Source: Candidatus Micrarchaeota archaeon (GTDB lineage: Archaea > Micrarchaeota > Micrarchaeia > Anstonellales > Bilamarchaeaceae). From it: a DNA stretch of 64,000 bases. A model generated the notes under the pieces. That model was not told where the DNA came from. It made no database searches and worked only from the letters and a program-made list of their open reading frames with translations. The translations under genes and the position numbers were made by a program. Where the stretch lies: the NCBI GenBank assembly GCA_043821365.1, contig JBDRCX010000002.1, positions 128,001 to 192,000 on the forward strand, written 5' to 3'. This document shows positions 18,945 to 29,303 of the stretch, one piece after another (positions within the stretch are counted from its first letter, which is position 1; each line of letters begins with the position of its first letter).

Positions 18945-19674
18945 TTATGACTGCAAAACCATCATAACCAACTCTCGTAAAAAAATCTACTAGGTATTCT
19001 TCAGTAACTACTTTTCTAACAGTTTCATCGGGGAATGGATTTGCATGAATAACATATCCATTTCCAGTTGATATTGCAGTGTGGTAAACCCAGTAATTAG
19101 TTCCTGGTAATGGAGCATCACTAGTGGAGGAATCTGCATATAAAAAGAAAATATAATCTCCTTCGTTGAGTGCTGCATTTACTCTAGCAGGATCTCTTAA
19201 GTATTCTTCAGTGTTATATACCGCACTAATTCCACCAAGTTGTTTGGCTAATTTAGTTGGCATACCACTTAGTTTTCTCCAATTGGTTCCAAATACCTCA
19301 GCATGTGCTAGGAACAACACCCCCAAACAATCAATTTCTTCGTGGCTTCTGCCTCCCCATCCATATTTCACGCCCAAATATCCTCTTGCAGCCAAAACTG
19401 TTGGGTTTGTTGTTTCTAGGGTTGGTGGTCTTACAAGTTCTGGTTCTTCTTTTGAAATTTCCACTATTGGTTGTTCTATCTTAACTTCATGCGTCAAAGT
19501 CTCTGGAGTTGGTGGTTTAGTTTTTTCTGTTTTAGGTGCGCATCCTACTAATATGGCAACGCTGGCAAGTGGTAGGATTGGGAGTGCTAGTTTTTCAAGA
19601 ATTGGCCTGGGTTGTTTCCAAGTTCTGGTTTGTGTTCTTTGATTTTCTTCCCTTCTTAATCTCAATATCTTCAA
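18889..19674 (-). CDS. NlpC/P60 (C40) cell-wall endopeptidase-like lipoprotein
   Basis: ARGYLGVKYGWGG...IDCLG, GDYIFF and YHTAISTGNGYVIHAN (Cys-His-His); lipobox ILVGC with P/T/E linker. Confidence 0.85.
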   Translation of the reverse strand: MKILRLRREENQRTQTRTWKQPRPILEKLALPILPLASVAILVGCAPKTEKTKPPTPETLTHEVKIEQPIVEISKEEPELVRPPTLETTNPTVLAARGYLGVKYGWGGRSHEEIDCLGVLFLAHAEVFGTNWRKLSGMPTKLAKQLGGISAVYNTEEYLRDPARVNAALNEGDYIFFLYADSSTSDAPLPGTNYWVYHTAISTGNGYVIHANPFPDETVRKVVTEEYLVDFFTRVGYDGFAVITNAAQAQSGSQKQVPQKG

Positions 19675-19774
19675 CCCTTTCTAGATGTGTTGATAAATAG
19701 TATAATATGTTGGGAATTTAAATGTTTATTTTTTATCTAATTCCAGTTTTAATCTTTCTATACAATATCGTTTC

Positions 19775-20179
19775 ATGGATTTCATGGCAACAATACTACA
19801 AAATTCAAAAACAATCGCAGTTGTTGGTCTTTCAGATAAAAAAGACCGTCCAAGTTTTGTTGTTGCTAGTTATCTTCTTGCAAAAGGCTATGTGATTTTT
19901 CCAGTAAATCCAAATCTCAGTGACTGGCGTGGAATTAAAGCATACAAATCACTTTCAGAAATTAAAGAAAAAATAGACATTGTTGATATTTTTAGAAAAA
20001 GTGAAGATGTGCTGCCAATTGTTCAAGAAGCAATTTCATTAAATCCAAAACCACAAACAATATGGATGCAATTAAGTGTGATTAATGAAGAAGCAGCTAA
20101 AATTGCCAGAAATGCTGGATTGAATGTAATCATGGACAAATGCATAAAGATTGAACATTCATTGCAAGCTTCCCAATAA
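19775..20179 (+). CDS. CoA-binding protein (YccU-like)
   Basis: TIAVVGLSDKKDRPS, FPVNP, IDIVDIFRKS, IWMQL and MDKCIKIEH. Confidence 0.93.
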   Translation: MDFMATILQNSKTIAVVGLSDKKDRPSFVVASYLLAKGYVIFPVNPNLSDWRGIKAYKSLSEIKEKIDIVDIFRKSEDVLPIVQEAISLNPKPQTIWMQLSVINEEAAKIARNAGLNVIMDKCIKIEHSLQASQ

Positions 20180-21730
20180 CATTTTTCTCATTTCTACAGG
20201 TTCTACTTGTTTTATTGCTTTTAATGTAGCATCAATTGCACTTTCACTGTCAGCATAAATGGTAAATAATTTATCTCCAATCTCTACTCTATCTCCTCTT
20301 ACTCTATGTAAAAACACACCTGCTCCTTTGTCTCTAGGAGAGCCTGCAATCCTTGCTATTTTTGCTATTGTTTTGTTGTCTATGTGGAATATGCTTCCTG
20401 CTACTTTTGATGTGATTGTGTGGGTATATGCACCAATTCGAATATCTGATGTTTTTACTTTTGGATTGCCACCCTGGAGTTCAACAATCTCTCTAAATTT
20501 GGCAAGTGCCTTTCCATTTTTAAGTGCAGTCTCAGCTACTTTGTAACCCCGACCTCTATCAACATTACCGCATAATTCAATTAATTTTCCTGCCAGAAGT
20601 AAACTCTTATGTCTTAGGTCATCAGGACCTTTTCCTTCAAGAACATCTAGAACATCAATACATTCAAGAGCTGGTCCAACTCCATTTCCAACTGGTTCTG
20701 CTCCATCTGTTATTACTGATTCTATCTTTATCCCGAGTCTTTCGCCAACATCAATGAAATGTTTTGCTAATTCGTTTCCGCGTTCCATATATGGTACTTT
20801 TACTCCCCTTCCAACTGGTATGTCTATTATTGTGTATTCTGCACCAACACTCTTCTTCTTACCTAGAATACTTGCAAGAAGCATACCTTCTGGATCAAGA
20901 CTCAGAGGATGTCTAACTCGTATTAATTTATCATCAACAGGTGCAAGTCTCATTCCCCCTCCCCATACAATTGCACCTTTTGCTTTCAATACCATGGAGC
21001 GGAGCTCATCCATATTAAATGTAACGTCGGCAAGAACTTCCATAGTATCTGCAGTTCCTGAAGCTGAAGTAATTGATCGTGATGATGTCTTTGGCATGTA
21101 TAATCCAAGTGAAGTTATTATGGGTACAACAATCATTGTTGTTCTGTTTCCTGCAACTCCACCAATACAATGTTTATCAAGAATAGGGTGTTTACCTAAA
21201 TTCAATTGATCTCCTGATTCTACTGTTGCTTCAGCTAATGAAATTATTTCATCATCAGTGAAACCATTTATGTATGCTGCAGCAATCCATGCAGATGTTT
21301 CAATCTCACTTAATTTGTCTTGCATTATCTCTTTGACAATCGTTCTTATCTCATGTGAATTCAAAGGTATATTATCTAATTTTTTCTTTATATAAGATGT
21401 TGATTCTGGTCTGTCCATGTGAACTATTTCGACCAAGTCTCCTTTCTTTAACTTGTGCCAATTAGTAAGATCCCTGAAAATCCCAACCTCTCCGGGTTCA
21501 ACTATCTCGTCACTTACATCCACTATCGTTATTATGCCTTTTCCATCGTGTTTTAGCTCTGTTCTGTATCCCCAATACATATCATGCTCTTGGGCCTCTG
21601 TTTTGTTCAGTACAATGATATTTTTACCAGTAAATATATCTATTGGTTTTACTTTACATACGTACTTTTTCAGTTTCCAAACATCAACTTTTTTTGTTTC
21701 GCTTTCTACATATTCTGCCATCAAAATCAT
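20159..21730 (-). CDS. deoA: AMP phosphorylase (archaeal nucleoside-5'-monophosphate phosphorylase)
   Basis: N-terminal extension; DKHCIGGVAGNRTT, KTSSRSITSASGTAD, IDIPVG and QPVGNGVGPALE-like motif. Confidence 0.93.
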   Translation of the reverse strand: MILMAEYVESETKKVDVWKLKKYVCKVKPIDIFTGKNIIVLNKTEAQEHDMYWGYRTELKHDGKGIITIVDVSDEIVEPGEVGIFRDLTNWHKLKKGDLVEIVHMDRPESTSYIKKKLDNIPLNSHEIRTIVKEIMQDKLSEIETSAWIAAAYINGFTDDEIISLAEATVESGDQLNLGKHPILDKHCIGGVAGNRTTMIVVPIITSLGLYMPKTSSRSITSASGTADTMEVLADVTFNMDELRSMVLKAKGAIVWGGGMRLAPVDDKLIRVRHPLSLDPEGMLLASILGKKKSVGAEYTIIDIPVGRGVKVPYMERGNELAKHFIDVGERLGIKIESVITDGAEPVGNGVGPALECIDVLDVLEGKGPDDLRHKSLLLAGKLIELCGNVDRGRGYKVAETALKNGKALAKFREIVELQGGNPKVKTSDIRIGAYTHTITSKVAGSIFHIDNKTIAKIARIAGSPRDKGAGVFLHRVRGDRVEIGDKLFTIYADSESAIDATLKAIKQVEPVEMRKMLLGSLQ

Positions 21731-21731
21731 C

Positions 21732-22652
21732 TCATTCGTATAATCTTATTCCTAGTTTTTGAGTTGCCATTGTAAAAAATGATTGTGGGGGTATAACTCC
21801 TAATTCAGTTATATACCCATTAATGTATTTTGACGATGTTGCCTCAAATGCCGGGTTCTTTATCTTTACTCTCTTTGGTGCTCTATCCCAAACTTCTTTA
21901 TGGTCCCTTTCCTCTATTTTTTCTCTAGTTCCAAATATTGTCATTGGACTGTATTTTGATAGTTCGGCTGCACTATAGAAAGAAACATCATTTGTTTTTG
22001 CAATGTGTGCTAGTGTTGCAGTGCCTATTTTATTTATCAAATCCCCTCTTGAAGTTATCGAGTCAGCACCAACTATCACAATATCTGCTTTTTTCATGAA
22101 AAGATGCATTGCACCATCAACTGCCAAAGTAACATCTATGCCTGCTTTGGCCAATTCTGCTGCTGTAACCCTCCCTTGATATCTTGGTCTCGTTTCAAAT
22201 GCAACAACTTTGAATTTTTTCCTCATTTTTTTAGCCTGAATTAATATCCTTGTTGTAGTTGAAGAATGGCAGTGAGTTAATACTAATGCACCATCTGGTA
22301 TTAGTTTTGCGCCGTACTCTGCCAGGTTTTTTGCATCAACTTCCATTTTTTTAACTACTTCTTTTTCATGCAAGACCAGAAGTTTAACAAGTGATTGCAC
22401 AGGTACTTTCTCTTTTTTTATTTTTTCTAAACCTTGGCTCAAAAGGTTGCGCATCATTGGTTCTGTTGGCCTACTAAGAAAAAGTGCATCGACTGTTTTG
22501 TTCATTTCCTGGTAAAATGATGTTGGTGTTTTTGCCTTAGAATGTTTTGCAGCTATTGCCAATCCTTTAATTGCCATTTTTGCAACGTTTCTTGCTCCCT
22601 GGATTTTTAAGGATTTTATGTCGTCTATTATCCTTTTCACATCTCTATGCAT
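21732..22652 (-). CDS. Ribose-1,5-bisphosphate isomerase (eIF-2B alpha family)
   Basis: IQGARNVA, RPTEPM, LTHCHSST (catalytic Cys), ETRPRYQG, VGADSIT, NKIGT and NPAFE; adjacent to AMP phosphorylase. Confidence 0.92.
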   Translation of the reverse strand: MHRDVKRIIDDIKSLKIQGARNVAKMAIKGLAIAAKHSKAKTPTSFYQEMNKTVDALFLSRPTEPMMRNLLSQGLEKIKKEKVPVQSLVKLLVLHEKEVVKKMEVDAKNLAEYGAKLIPDGALVLTHCHSSTTTRILIQAKKMRKKFKVVAFETRPRYQGRVTAAELAKAGIDVTLAVDGAMHLFMKKADIVIVGADSITSRGDLINKIGTATLAHIAKTNDVSFYSAAELSKYSPMTIFGTREKIEERDHKEVWDRAPKRVKIKNPAFEATSSKYINGYITELGVIPPQSFFTMATQKLGIRLYE

Positions 22653-22685
22653 GTCTTACTAACAGATGCTAAGAATAAATATGTT

Positions 22686-22979
22686 TCATTTTTTCTTTTT
22701 TAGAACTCCCTTTGCAATCTCATCTTCCATGAAAGCATAGGAAACTAGTTTTAATATGAAAAAACCAATGATGGCACCAATTGGTATTCCATAATAATAT
22801 GGTTCTGGAGTTAGGAATACATTTCTACTTGGTGGAAACACTGTTTCTCCAGGGTAGAAACTCCAGTGTATGTCAAAAATAAGAATTGCAATAAATGAAA
22901 TCAAGGCGCTAATGAAAATATAAATTACATCTGCAACTATCTCTTCTTTGCTTATTTTCTGCCGCTTCATGAAATACAA
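22686..22979 (-). CDS. Small membrane protein (2 TM)
   Basis: Two hydrophobic segments; co-oriented with its neighbours. Confidence 0.7.
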   Translation of the reverse strand: MYFMKRQKISKEEIVADVIYIFISALISFIAILIFDIHWSFYPGETVFPPSRNVFLTPEPYYYGIPIGAIIGFFILKLVSYAFMEDEIAKGVLKKKK

Positions 22980-23000
22980 ACTTCCTGTTTATTATTAATA

Positions 23001-23750
23001 CTAACGTGAAAAGTTCCAATCAGTGGATCGTATTCTCCTCATGACTATTTCCGCATCTTCAAGCTCTTTTTTGCTTAATTCTCCCGGTGTAACCTCTGTT
23101 TTGAATGCAGTTCCAAATCCTTTGATGACAGCATTTTTAGTTTCTTCAAATTCAATGTCTCTACCAAGAACACTCTTCACAGAGCATACGCGTTGTTTAA
23201 CATCACTCACTAATTTATCTCTTATCTTTTCATTTGGCACTTTTAAAAGTGAGAACATTTTTTCAACATCAACATCAAGAAGTAATGTTCCGTGTTGTAG
23301 AACTGATTTATGTCTTCTTGTTTGTGCGTTTCCAGATATTTTTTTCCCATTTGTTATTATATCATTTATTCCTGCGAATTGTGATTCTATGCCCAAGTTA
23401 CTCAAACCACCAATCACACCTGCACATATTTGCTTATAGCTTTCCAAAATATCCTTACTCACAGTTCCACTGCTTTCAGTACATACAAAACTGTATGTCA
23501 GTTCTTTATCATGGAAAACAGCCCCCCCGCCAGTTATCCTTCTTATACAATCAATTCCAAGTGATTTGCATCGGTCTACATCGACTTCTGCATTCATGCT
23601 TTGAAAATAGCCTATGGTTACTGTTGGCGGTTCCCAAGAATATATGCTTAAAGTCGGTATGTTAGTTTTATGTGCATTAAGTGCTATTGCTTCATCCATT
23701 GCCATATTAACAAAACCAGAATTCCTACTTCTATCAAGTAGTCTTATCAT
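23001..23750 (-). CDS. lplA: Lipoate-protein ligase catalytic subunit (LplA-N / LipM-like)
   Basis: NMAMDEA, IGYFQ, IRRITGGGAVFHD, NDIITNGKKISGNAQ and QHGTLL. Confidence 0.92.
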   Translation of the reverse strand: MIRLLDRSRNSGFVNMAMDEAIALNAHKTNIPTLSIYSWEPPTVTIGYFQSMNAEVDVDRCKSLGIDCIRRITGGGAVFHDKELTYSFVCTESSGTVSKDILESYKQICAGVIGGLSNLGIESQFAGINDIITNGKKISGNAQTRRHKSVLQHGTLLLDVDVEKMFSLLKVPNEKIRDKLVSDVKQRVCSVKSVLGRDIEFEETKNAVIKGFGTAFKTEVTPGELSKKELEDAEIVMRRIRSTDWNFSR

Positions 23751-24040
23751 TCGCTCACCAACGCGTTACGAACTGCAAATGCAATACTTTTTGCATCAAC
23801 TCCTATGAGTCTTGCTCCAGTTACGTTAATTGCAGTTTCTATTTTTTCCACAAGTTCATTTTCATCTGTTTGTTTATTACATTCGATTATTGATTTTTCA
23901 ATTTCCATGATGCTTTCTTCAGGATGGATGAAAAAGTCTCCCGTGATATTAATTTTCTCTATTCGTTCCCCCTCTAATTCGGCAATCACCCGCAACATCT
24001 TACCATTTGGGATTTTGTAAATAAAAGTCTTAGATACCAT
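23747..24040 (-). CDS. Lipoate-protein ligase accessory subunit (LplA-C / LplB)
   Basis: YKIPNGKML..., ITGDFFIHPEE; overlaps the lplA start. Start placed at ATG 24040 (track gives 24064). Confidence 0.85.
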   Translation of the reverse strand: MVSKTFIYKIPNGKMLRVIAELEGERIEKINITGDFFIHPEESIMEIEKSIIECNKQTDENELVEKIETAINVTGARLIGVDAKSIAFAVRNALVSE

Positions 24041-24092
24041 AATACCTATATCCACCCTCTTCATTTTAAATTCTTTGAAGAAATCTCATTAT

Positions 24093-25025
24093 ATGAAAAT
24101 CTCCATAGCGGAATTGAAAAACAATTCCGACTGTCGCGAACAAATAGCAGTTCGCTCCAAGCCAGAATGGCTTAAAGTTACAAGACCCAGAGGAGATGAA
24201 GTTGCTTTGTTTAATCGAGTGAGTACAGTTGTAAAATCAAATAATCTACATACAGTCTGTGATGAAGCAAGATGTCCAAATCGTTCTGCCTGTTGGAGTT
24301 CTGGTACAGCTACCTTTATGATTTTGGGAGATACGTGTACTAGATATTGTAAATTTTGCAGTGTAAAACATGCAAGAGAAGGCAATCCTATTGATGAAAC
24401 TGAATCAGAAAGACTTGCAAAAGCATCAGCAGGGCTTAGGCTTGGTTATGTTGTTATAACCTCAGTTGATAGGGATGATCTTCTTGATCGCGGGGCAAAT
24501 CATTTTGCCAAATGTATTTCTGCAGTTAAATCAAAAAATCCAAATGCAAAAGTTGAAGTTTTAACTCCTGATTTTGATGGCAATAAAGACTTGATCAAAG
24601 TTGTTGTTGATTCGAAGCCAGATGTTTTTGCACATAATGTCGAAAGTGTTGAGAGGCTTGAAACCATACGTGACATAAGGGCAAAATACAAACGCTCACT
24701 CGACGTTCTTAAAATAGTAAAACAAATCGATCCAAACATGATAACAAAAAGTTCAATTCTTCTTGGTGTCGGGGAAAAAGAAGAAGAAGTTTTAGCAACA
24801 CTCAGAGATCTGCGTGAAGTTGGTGTCGATGCAGTGGTACTTGGACAATATTTACAACCATCCAAACAAAATCTTCCAGTTAGTGAGTATGTTACTCCAG
24901 ATCAATTCAAATTCTATGCTAAAAAAGCTAAAGAATTAGGATTTAGATTTGTTGTTTCTGAACCATTTGCAAGAACTTCCTACAAAGCAGAGCATATTTT
25001 CAAAGATTCTGAATCTCATATTTGA
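24093..25025 (+). CDS. lipA: Lipoyl synthase
   Basis: [18 protein letters not shown] (CX4CX5C), [18 protein letters not shown] and RTSY. Confidence 0.96.
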   Translation: MKISIAELKNNSDCREQIAVRSKPEWLKVTRPRGDEVALFNRVSTVVKSNNLHTVCDEARCPNRSACWSSGTATFMILGDTCTRYCKFCSVKHAREGNPIDETESERLAKASAGLRLGYVVITSVDRDDLLDRGANHFAKCISAVKSKNPNAKVEVLTPDFDGNKDLIKVVVDSKPDVFAHNVESVERLETIRDIRAKYKRSLDVLKIVKQIDPNMITKSSILLGVGEKEEEVLATLRDLREVGVDAVVLGQYLQPSKQNLPVSEYVTPDQFKFYAKKAKELGFRFVVSEPFARTSYKAEHIFKDSESHI

Positions 25026-26452
25026 GCAGAACAACAGGTCAGTACTGGCTCTCTGGCAGCTTTAACTCCATCAAGTCTTTTTACTGGTAAGGTGTGGGGT
25101 GCTTTTTTTACAAGTTCTGGGTTTGTTTCTGCTTCATTCAGTATCTTTACCATTGCATCTACAAACATATCCATAGTTTCTCTTGTTTCAGTTTCTGTTG
25201 GTTCAATCATTATTGCCCCATGTACAATTAGAGGGAAATAGATTGTGGGTGCATGATAACCATAGTCTAAGAGTCTCTTTGCAATGTCCATTGTGGTTAC
25301 TCCATTAGGTACCTTTTTGTCATTGAGTACGAATTCATGCTGGCAAATTCTATTGTAAGGCAATTCAAAGTGTTTCATAAGTTTCACACGCATGTAATTT
25401 GCATTGAGTACAGCATTTTCACTCACTCTTAGAAGTCCTTCTGGTCCAAGTGCACGGATGTAAGTATATGCTCTTACCAAAACACCGAAATTTCCATAAA
25501 ATGTTTTTACTCTTCCGATTGAGTCTGAAATATCATAGTTCAAATAGTATTTATCGTCTTTTTTATCTACCATTGGTTTAGGTACAAAAGTTGATAATTT
25601 TTCAACTACTCCAACCCCCCCTGCTCCTGGTCCACCACCACCATGTGGAGTTGAGAATGTCTTGTGAAAATTAATGTGCATTATGTCAAAACCAGCATCC
25701 TTTGGCTTTGTAATTCCAATAATTGCATTGAAGTTTGCACCATCGCAATAAACCAAACCACCTTTTTCATGGACTATTTTACAAACTTCAACTATATTCT
25801 GATCAAAAAGTCCAAGTGTATTCGGGTTGGTGACCATAAGCCCTGCTGTTTGTTCGTCTACTTTTGATCTCAGGTCTTCTAGATCGACATTTCCATTACT
25901 ATCACTTTTCACACCCACTGATTCGAGTCCACAAAGAGTAACACTTGCTGGGTTGGTTCCGTGTGCTGAATCAGGTATTAATATTTTTTTCCGTTTTTGG
26001 CCATTTTTTTCAAAATAAGCCTTCATTATCATAACTCCAACTAATTCACCATGTGCTCCTGCAGCAGGTTGTAAAGTAAAACAATCAAAACCAGTTACCT
26101 CGCACATCATTTCCTGCATTTCATACATCATTTGCAATGCTCCCTGAGATAATTTTTCAGGTTGCAGTGGATGTATATTGGTAAATCCATTGAGTTTTGA
26201 CATATCTTCATTTATTTTTGGATTATATTTCATCGTACAACTTCCAAGAGGATAGAATCCAAGATCAACACCATAGTTTTTTCTACTCAATGCAGTGTAG
26301 TGTCTTACAACTTCAATTTCACTTAATTCAGGTATTTCAAGTTTTTTTCTAATGTGTTTTTCATCTATTCCAAGTTCACTATCTGGATAATTAGAATCAT
26401 CAAATGTTACTGCGTTTCTTCCTTTGCCACCACAATCAAATATGGTTTTCAT
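25016..26452 (-). CDS. gcvPB: Glycine dehydrogenase (decarboxylating) subunit 2
   Basis: [47 protein letters not shown] and IEPTETE. Confidence 0.97.
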   Translation of the reverse strand: MKTIFDCGGKGRNAVTFDDSNYPDSELGIDEKHIRKKLEIPELSEIEVVRHYTALSRKNYGVDLGFYPLGSCTMKYNPKINEDMSKLNGFTNIHPLQPEKLSQGALQMMYEMQEMMCEVTGFDCFTLQPAAGAHGELVGVMIMKAYFEKNGQKRKKILIPDSAHGTNPASVTLCGLESVGVKSDSNGNVDLEDLRSKVDEQTAGLMVTNPNTLGLFDQNIVEVCKIVHEKGGLVYCDGANFNAIIGITKPKDAGFDIMHINFHKTFSTPHGGGGPGAGGVGVVEKLSTFVPKPMVDKKDDKYYLNYDISDSIGRVKTFYGNFGVLVRAYTYIRALGPEGLLRVSENAVLNANYMRVKLMKHFELPYNRICQHEFVLNDKKVPNGVTTMDIAKRLLDYGYHAPTIYFPLIVHGAIMIEPTETETRETMDMFVDAMVKILNEAETNPELVKKAPHTLPVKRLDGVKAAREPVLTCCSAQI

Positions 26453-27795
26453 AGTGATCCCTCCAAAGCAGTGAAAAATTCATCAATATCTTTCTTGGTG
26501 TTCATCTCAGTAAATGAAACAAGAACACGGTCTTTCATGTCAGGATAAAATGGCCAGAGTTTTAGTCCAATTATGAACTTTTTCTTAACAAGTTCATCAA
26601 AAACATTTTCTGCCTTAGGAATCCCAACACAAAACTCATTGAAACAATTAGCATTGTGCACTTTCATATTCATGTCACTAAACTTCTTTTTTGCATAAGC
26701 CGTATTCCTAGCACATATTTCTGATGCTTTTTGTAATCCATTTTTTCCAAGCATAGATAGATGAATGGTTGCAGCAAGTGCACACAATGCCTGATTGCTG
26801 CAAATATTGCTTGATGCCTTTTCTCTTCTAATATGCTGTTCTCTTGCCTGTAAGGTTAATATGAAACCATCCTTTCCTTCACTATCTTTTGTTTTACCAA
26901 CAAGCCTACCAGGTATCCGCCTCATGAAATCATTTTTGCATGCTATCACACCCAAATGCGGCCCTCCGAAAGCCATTGGATTACCAAAGCTCTGCGCTTC
27001 ACATGCTGCAATATCCATCCCAAGCTCTCCTGGCGATTTTAGTAAACCAAGCGCATACATCTCCTGTACGGATGCTATTGCTACTGCACCTTTTGCATGT
27101 GCTAGTGAAGATATTTTTTCAAGATCCTCTAGTGTACCAAAAAAATTTGGATATTGTACAATAACACATGCTGTTTTTTCATCAATTATTTTTTCTAGTT
27201 CTGAAATGTCTGTTTCGAGTTTACTATCAAATCCAATCTCCACTATTTCAAGTTCGTTTGCAGTTGCATATGTTTGTACCACTGCTCTATATTCTGGATT
27301 TACAGTTTTGCTGATGATTATTTTTTTCTTTTCATTATGGTTCTTCGCCATCATCACAGCTTCAGCAAGTGCAGATGCTCCGCAATACATAGATGCATTG
27401 GCAAGATCCATGCCAGTTATCTCTGAAATATATGTCTGAAATTCGAAAATTGCCTGTAAAATCCCCTGTGATATTTCTGGTTGATATGGGGTATATGCAG
27501 TATAAAACTCACTTCTATAAGCCAAATGGCCAACTGCAGAAGGAATAAAATGATTATAGCATCCTGCACCTAAAAAACTTATGTACTCCCTGGTACTTGC
27601 ATTTTTTTTACTTAAAGATTCAACTAGTTCAGATACACTTTTTTCATCCATTCTTTTTGGAATTTTCAATCCATCCTTTATGAGGATGTTTTCAGGTATG
27701 TCTACAAACAGATCTTTAATTGATTTTACTCCTATTTCCTTCAACATTTCCTCTCTGTCTTTATCAGTATTTGGTGCAAAATCCATAGAAAACAC
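26449..27795 (-). CDS. gcvPA: Glycine dehydrogenase (decarboxylating) subunit 1
   Basis: [34 protein letters not shown] and [20 protein letters not shown]. Confidence 0.97.
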   Translation of the reverse strand: MFSMDFAPNTDKDREEMLKEIGVKSIKDLFVDIPENILIKDGLKIPKRMDEKSVSELVESLSKKNASTREYISFLGAGCYNHFIPSAVGHLAYRSEFYTAYTPYQPEISQGILQAIFEFQTYISEITGMDLANASMYCGASALAEAVMMAKNHNEKKKIIISKTVNPEYRAVVQTYATANELEIVEIGFDSKLETDISELEKIIDEKTACVIVQYPNFFGTLEDLEKISSLAHAKGAVAIASVQEMYALGLLKSPGELGMDIAACEAQSFGNPMAFGGPHLGVIACKNDFMRRIPGRLVGKTKDSEGKDGFILTLQAREQHIRREKASSNICSNQALCALAATIHLSMLGKNGLQKASEICARNTAYAKKKFSDMNMKVHNANCFNEFCVGIPKAENVFDELVKKKFIIGLKLWPFYPDMKDRVLVSFTEMNTKKDIDEFFTALEGSL

Positions 27796-28188
27796 CTAGT
27801 GTTGATTTTCTTTTAGGTATTGTTCGTATTGCTCTGGATCAAGAAGAGTTTTTGATTGATCCATTGAGCTTAATTTTATCTTTACTATCCAACCATTTCC
27901 GTATGGGTCCTGGTTTATATTTTCAGGTGTTCTACCAAGCGCTTCATTAACCTCAACTATCTCACCTGACATCGGAGCATAAATATCGGATACACTCTTT
28001 ACGCTTTCCACTACTGTCACCCTCGTTGCCTGTTCTACTAGCTTTCCTTTTTGGGGAAGCTCGACAAATACAATGTCGGTTAATGCATGTTGCGCATAAT
28101 CAGTTATGCCAATAATCCCAAACTCTCCCTCGATTTTTATCCATTCATGTTCCTTTGTATACATTCTGTCTTTTGGAATGTTTGTCAA
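27796..28188 (-). CDS. gcvH: Glycine cleavage system H protein
   Basis: YTKEHEW, GITDYAQ, VESVKSVSDIYAP (lipoyl-Lys) and NQDPYGNGW. Confidence 0.97.
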   Translation of the reverse strand: MTNIPKDRMYTKEHEWIKIEGEFGIIGITDYAQHALTDIVFVELPQKGKLVEQATRVTVVESVKSVSDIYAPMSGEIVEVNEALGRTPENINQDPYGNGWIVKIKLSSMDQSKTLLDPEQYEQYLKENQH

Positions 28189-28192
28189 AAAA

Positions 28193-29290
28193 TCACCTTT
28201 TTCTTTTGTAAAAGGGCCTCTCTACTACTTTTGCTTTGTGTACAGTCCCCCTTATAAGAATGTCTAGTTCTGTTCCAACTTCGGAAAATTCTTTTTCAAC
28301 ATAGCCAAGTCCAACTGGCTTTTTTAATGTCGGGCAGTAGCTGCCTGATGTCACCACTCCGATATTCTTTCCATCAACTTGAAATTCATAGCCATGTCTT
28401 GCTATGGCACTTCCAATCATTTCAAAACCCACGAGCTTTTTCTTTACTCCATCTGCAAGTTGGGTTTCCAATGCCTGTTTTCCTATAAATTCTTTTTCAA
28501 ATGCAACGACTTTATCAAGCCCTGCTTCAAGAGGGGTGTGTTGGTCATCCATATCGTTTCCATAAAGCATCATTGCACACTCAAGTCTGAGTGTGTCTCT
28601 TGCTCCCAATCCGCATGGTTTTATGCCAAATTCACTTCCATTGGTAAGGATATCTTCCCATATCTTTACTGTGTTTCTGTCATCGGAATATATCTCGAAA
28701 CCATCCTCACCAGTGTAGCCAGTTCTACTTACTATACAATCAAGGCCAGACACCTTCCCCTCAACAAATTTATAGTATTTTAGGAGACTAAAGTCTATGT
28801 CTGATATTTTTGACAGGGTGGCTTGTGCATTCGGTCCTTGGAGATCAAGTTTCATTGTTGTCTGGCTAACATTTGTTAATTTTACATCAAGTCCTTTTGC
28901 ATTTTCAACAAGCCAATTATAATCTTTTTCTATGTTTGAAGCATTTATAACTACAAAATATTTCTTATCGTTGAATTTATAAAAAAGTAGATCATCTATT
29001 ACTGTTCCTTTTGGATAGAGCATTGTACTATATTTTATGCTATTATCTTTCATCCCAGTGAGGTCACGGGTAAGGCATTTTTGTAATAAAGTGAAAGCAT
29101 CATTTCCTTCAACCCATATCTCGCCCATATGACAAATATCGAAAATACCAACTTTCTGTCTGACTGTATTATGTTCATCTATGATGCTTGTATAATACAC
29201 TGGCAGTTCCCAACCTGCAAAATCAATAACATGCCCACCAAGCTTAACATGTTGTTCATAAAGAGAAGTTTTCTGTGGCATATCACTCAT
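28193..29290 (-). CDS. gcvT: Glycine cleavage system T protein (aminomethyltransferase)
   Basis: FAGWELPVYY, FDICHMGE, SRTGYTGEDGFE, GLGARDTLRLE and GVVTSG. Confidence 0.97.
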   Translation of the reverse strand: MSDMPQKTSLYEQHVKLGGHVIDFAGWELPVYYTSIIDEHNTVRQKVGIFDICHMGEIWVEGNDAFTLLQKCLTRDLTGMKDNSIKYSTMLYPKGTVIDDLLFYKFNDKKYFVVINASNIEKDYNWLVENAKGLDVKLTNVSQTTMKLDLQGPNAQATLSKISDIDFSLLKYYKFVEGKVSGLDCIVSRTGYTGEDGFEIYSDDRNTVKIWEDILTNGSEFGIKPCGLGARDTLRLECAMMLYGNDMDDQHTPLEAGLDKVVAFEKEFIGKQALETQLADGVKKKLVGFEMIGSAIARHGYEFQVDGKNIGVVTSGSYCPTLKKPVGLGYVEKEFSEVGTELDILIRGTVHKAKVVERPFYKRKR

Positions 29291-29303
29291 TTCACGTTAA
29301 TAT

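Noticed and set aside
16216-19774. Integrated element at tRNA-Tyr
   Set aside because: No integrase or transposase, and I saw no duplicated tRNA 3' end (att) in the window.
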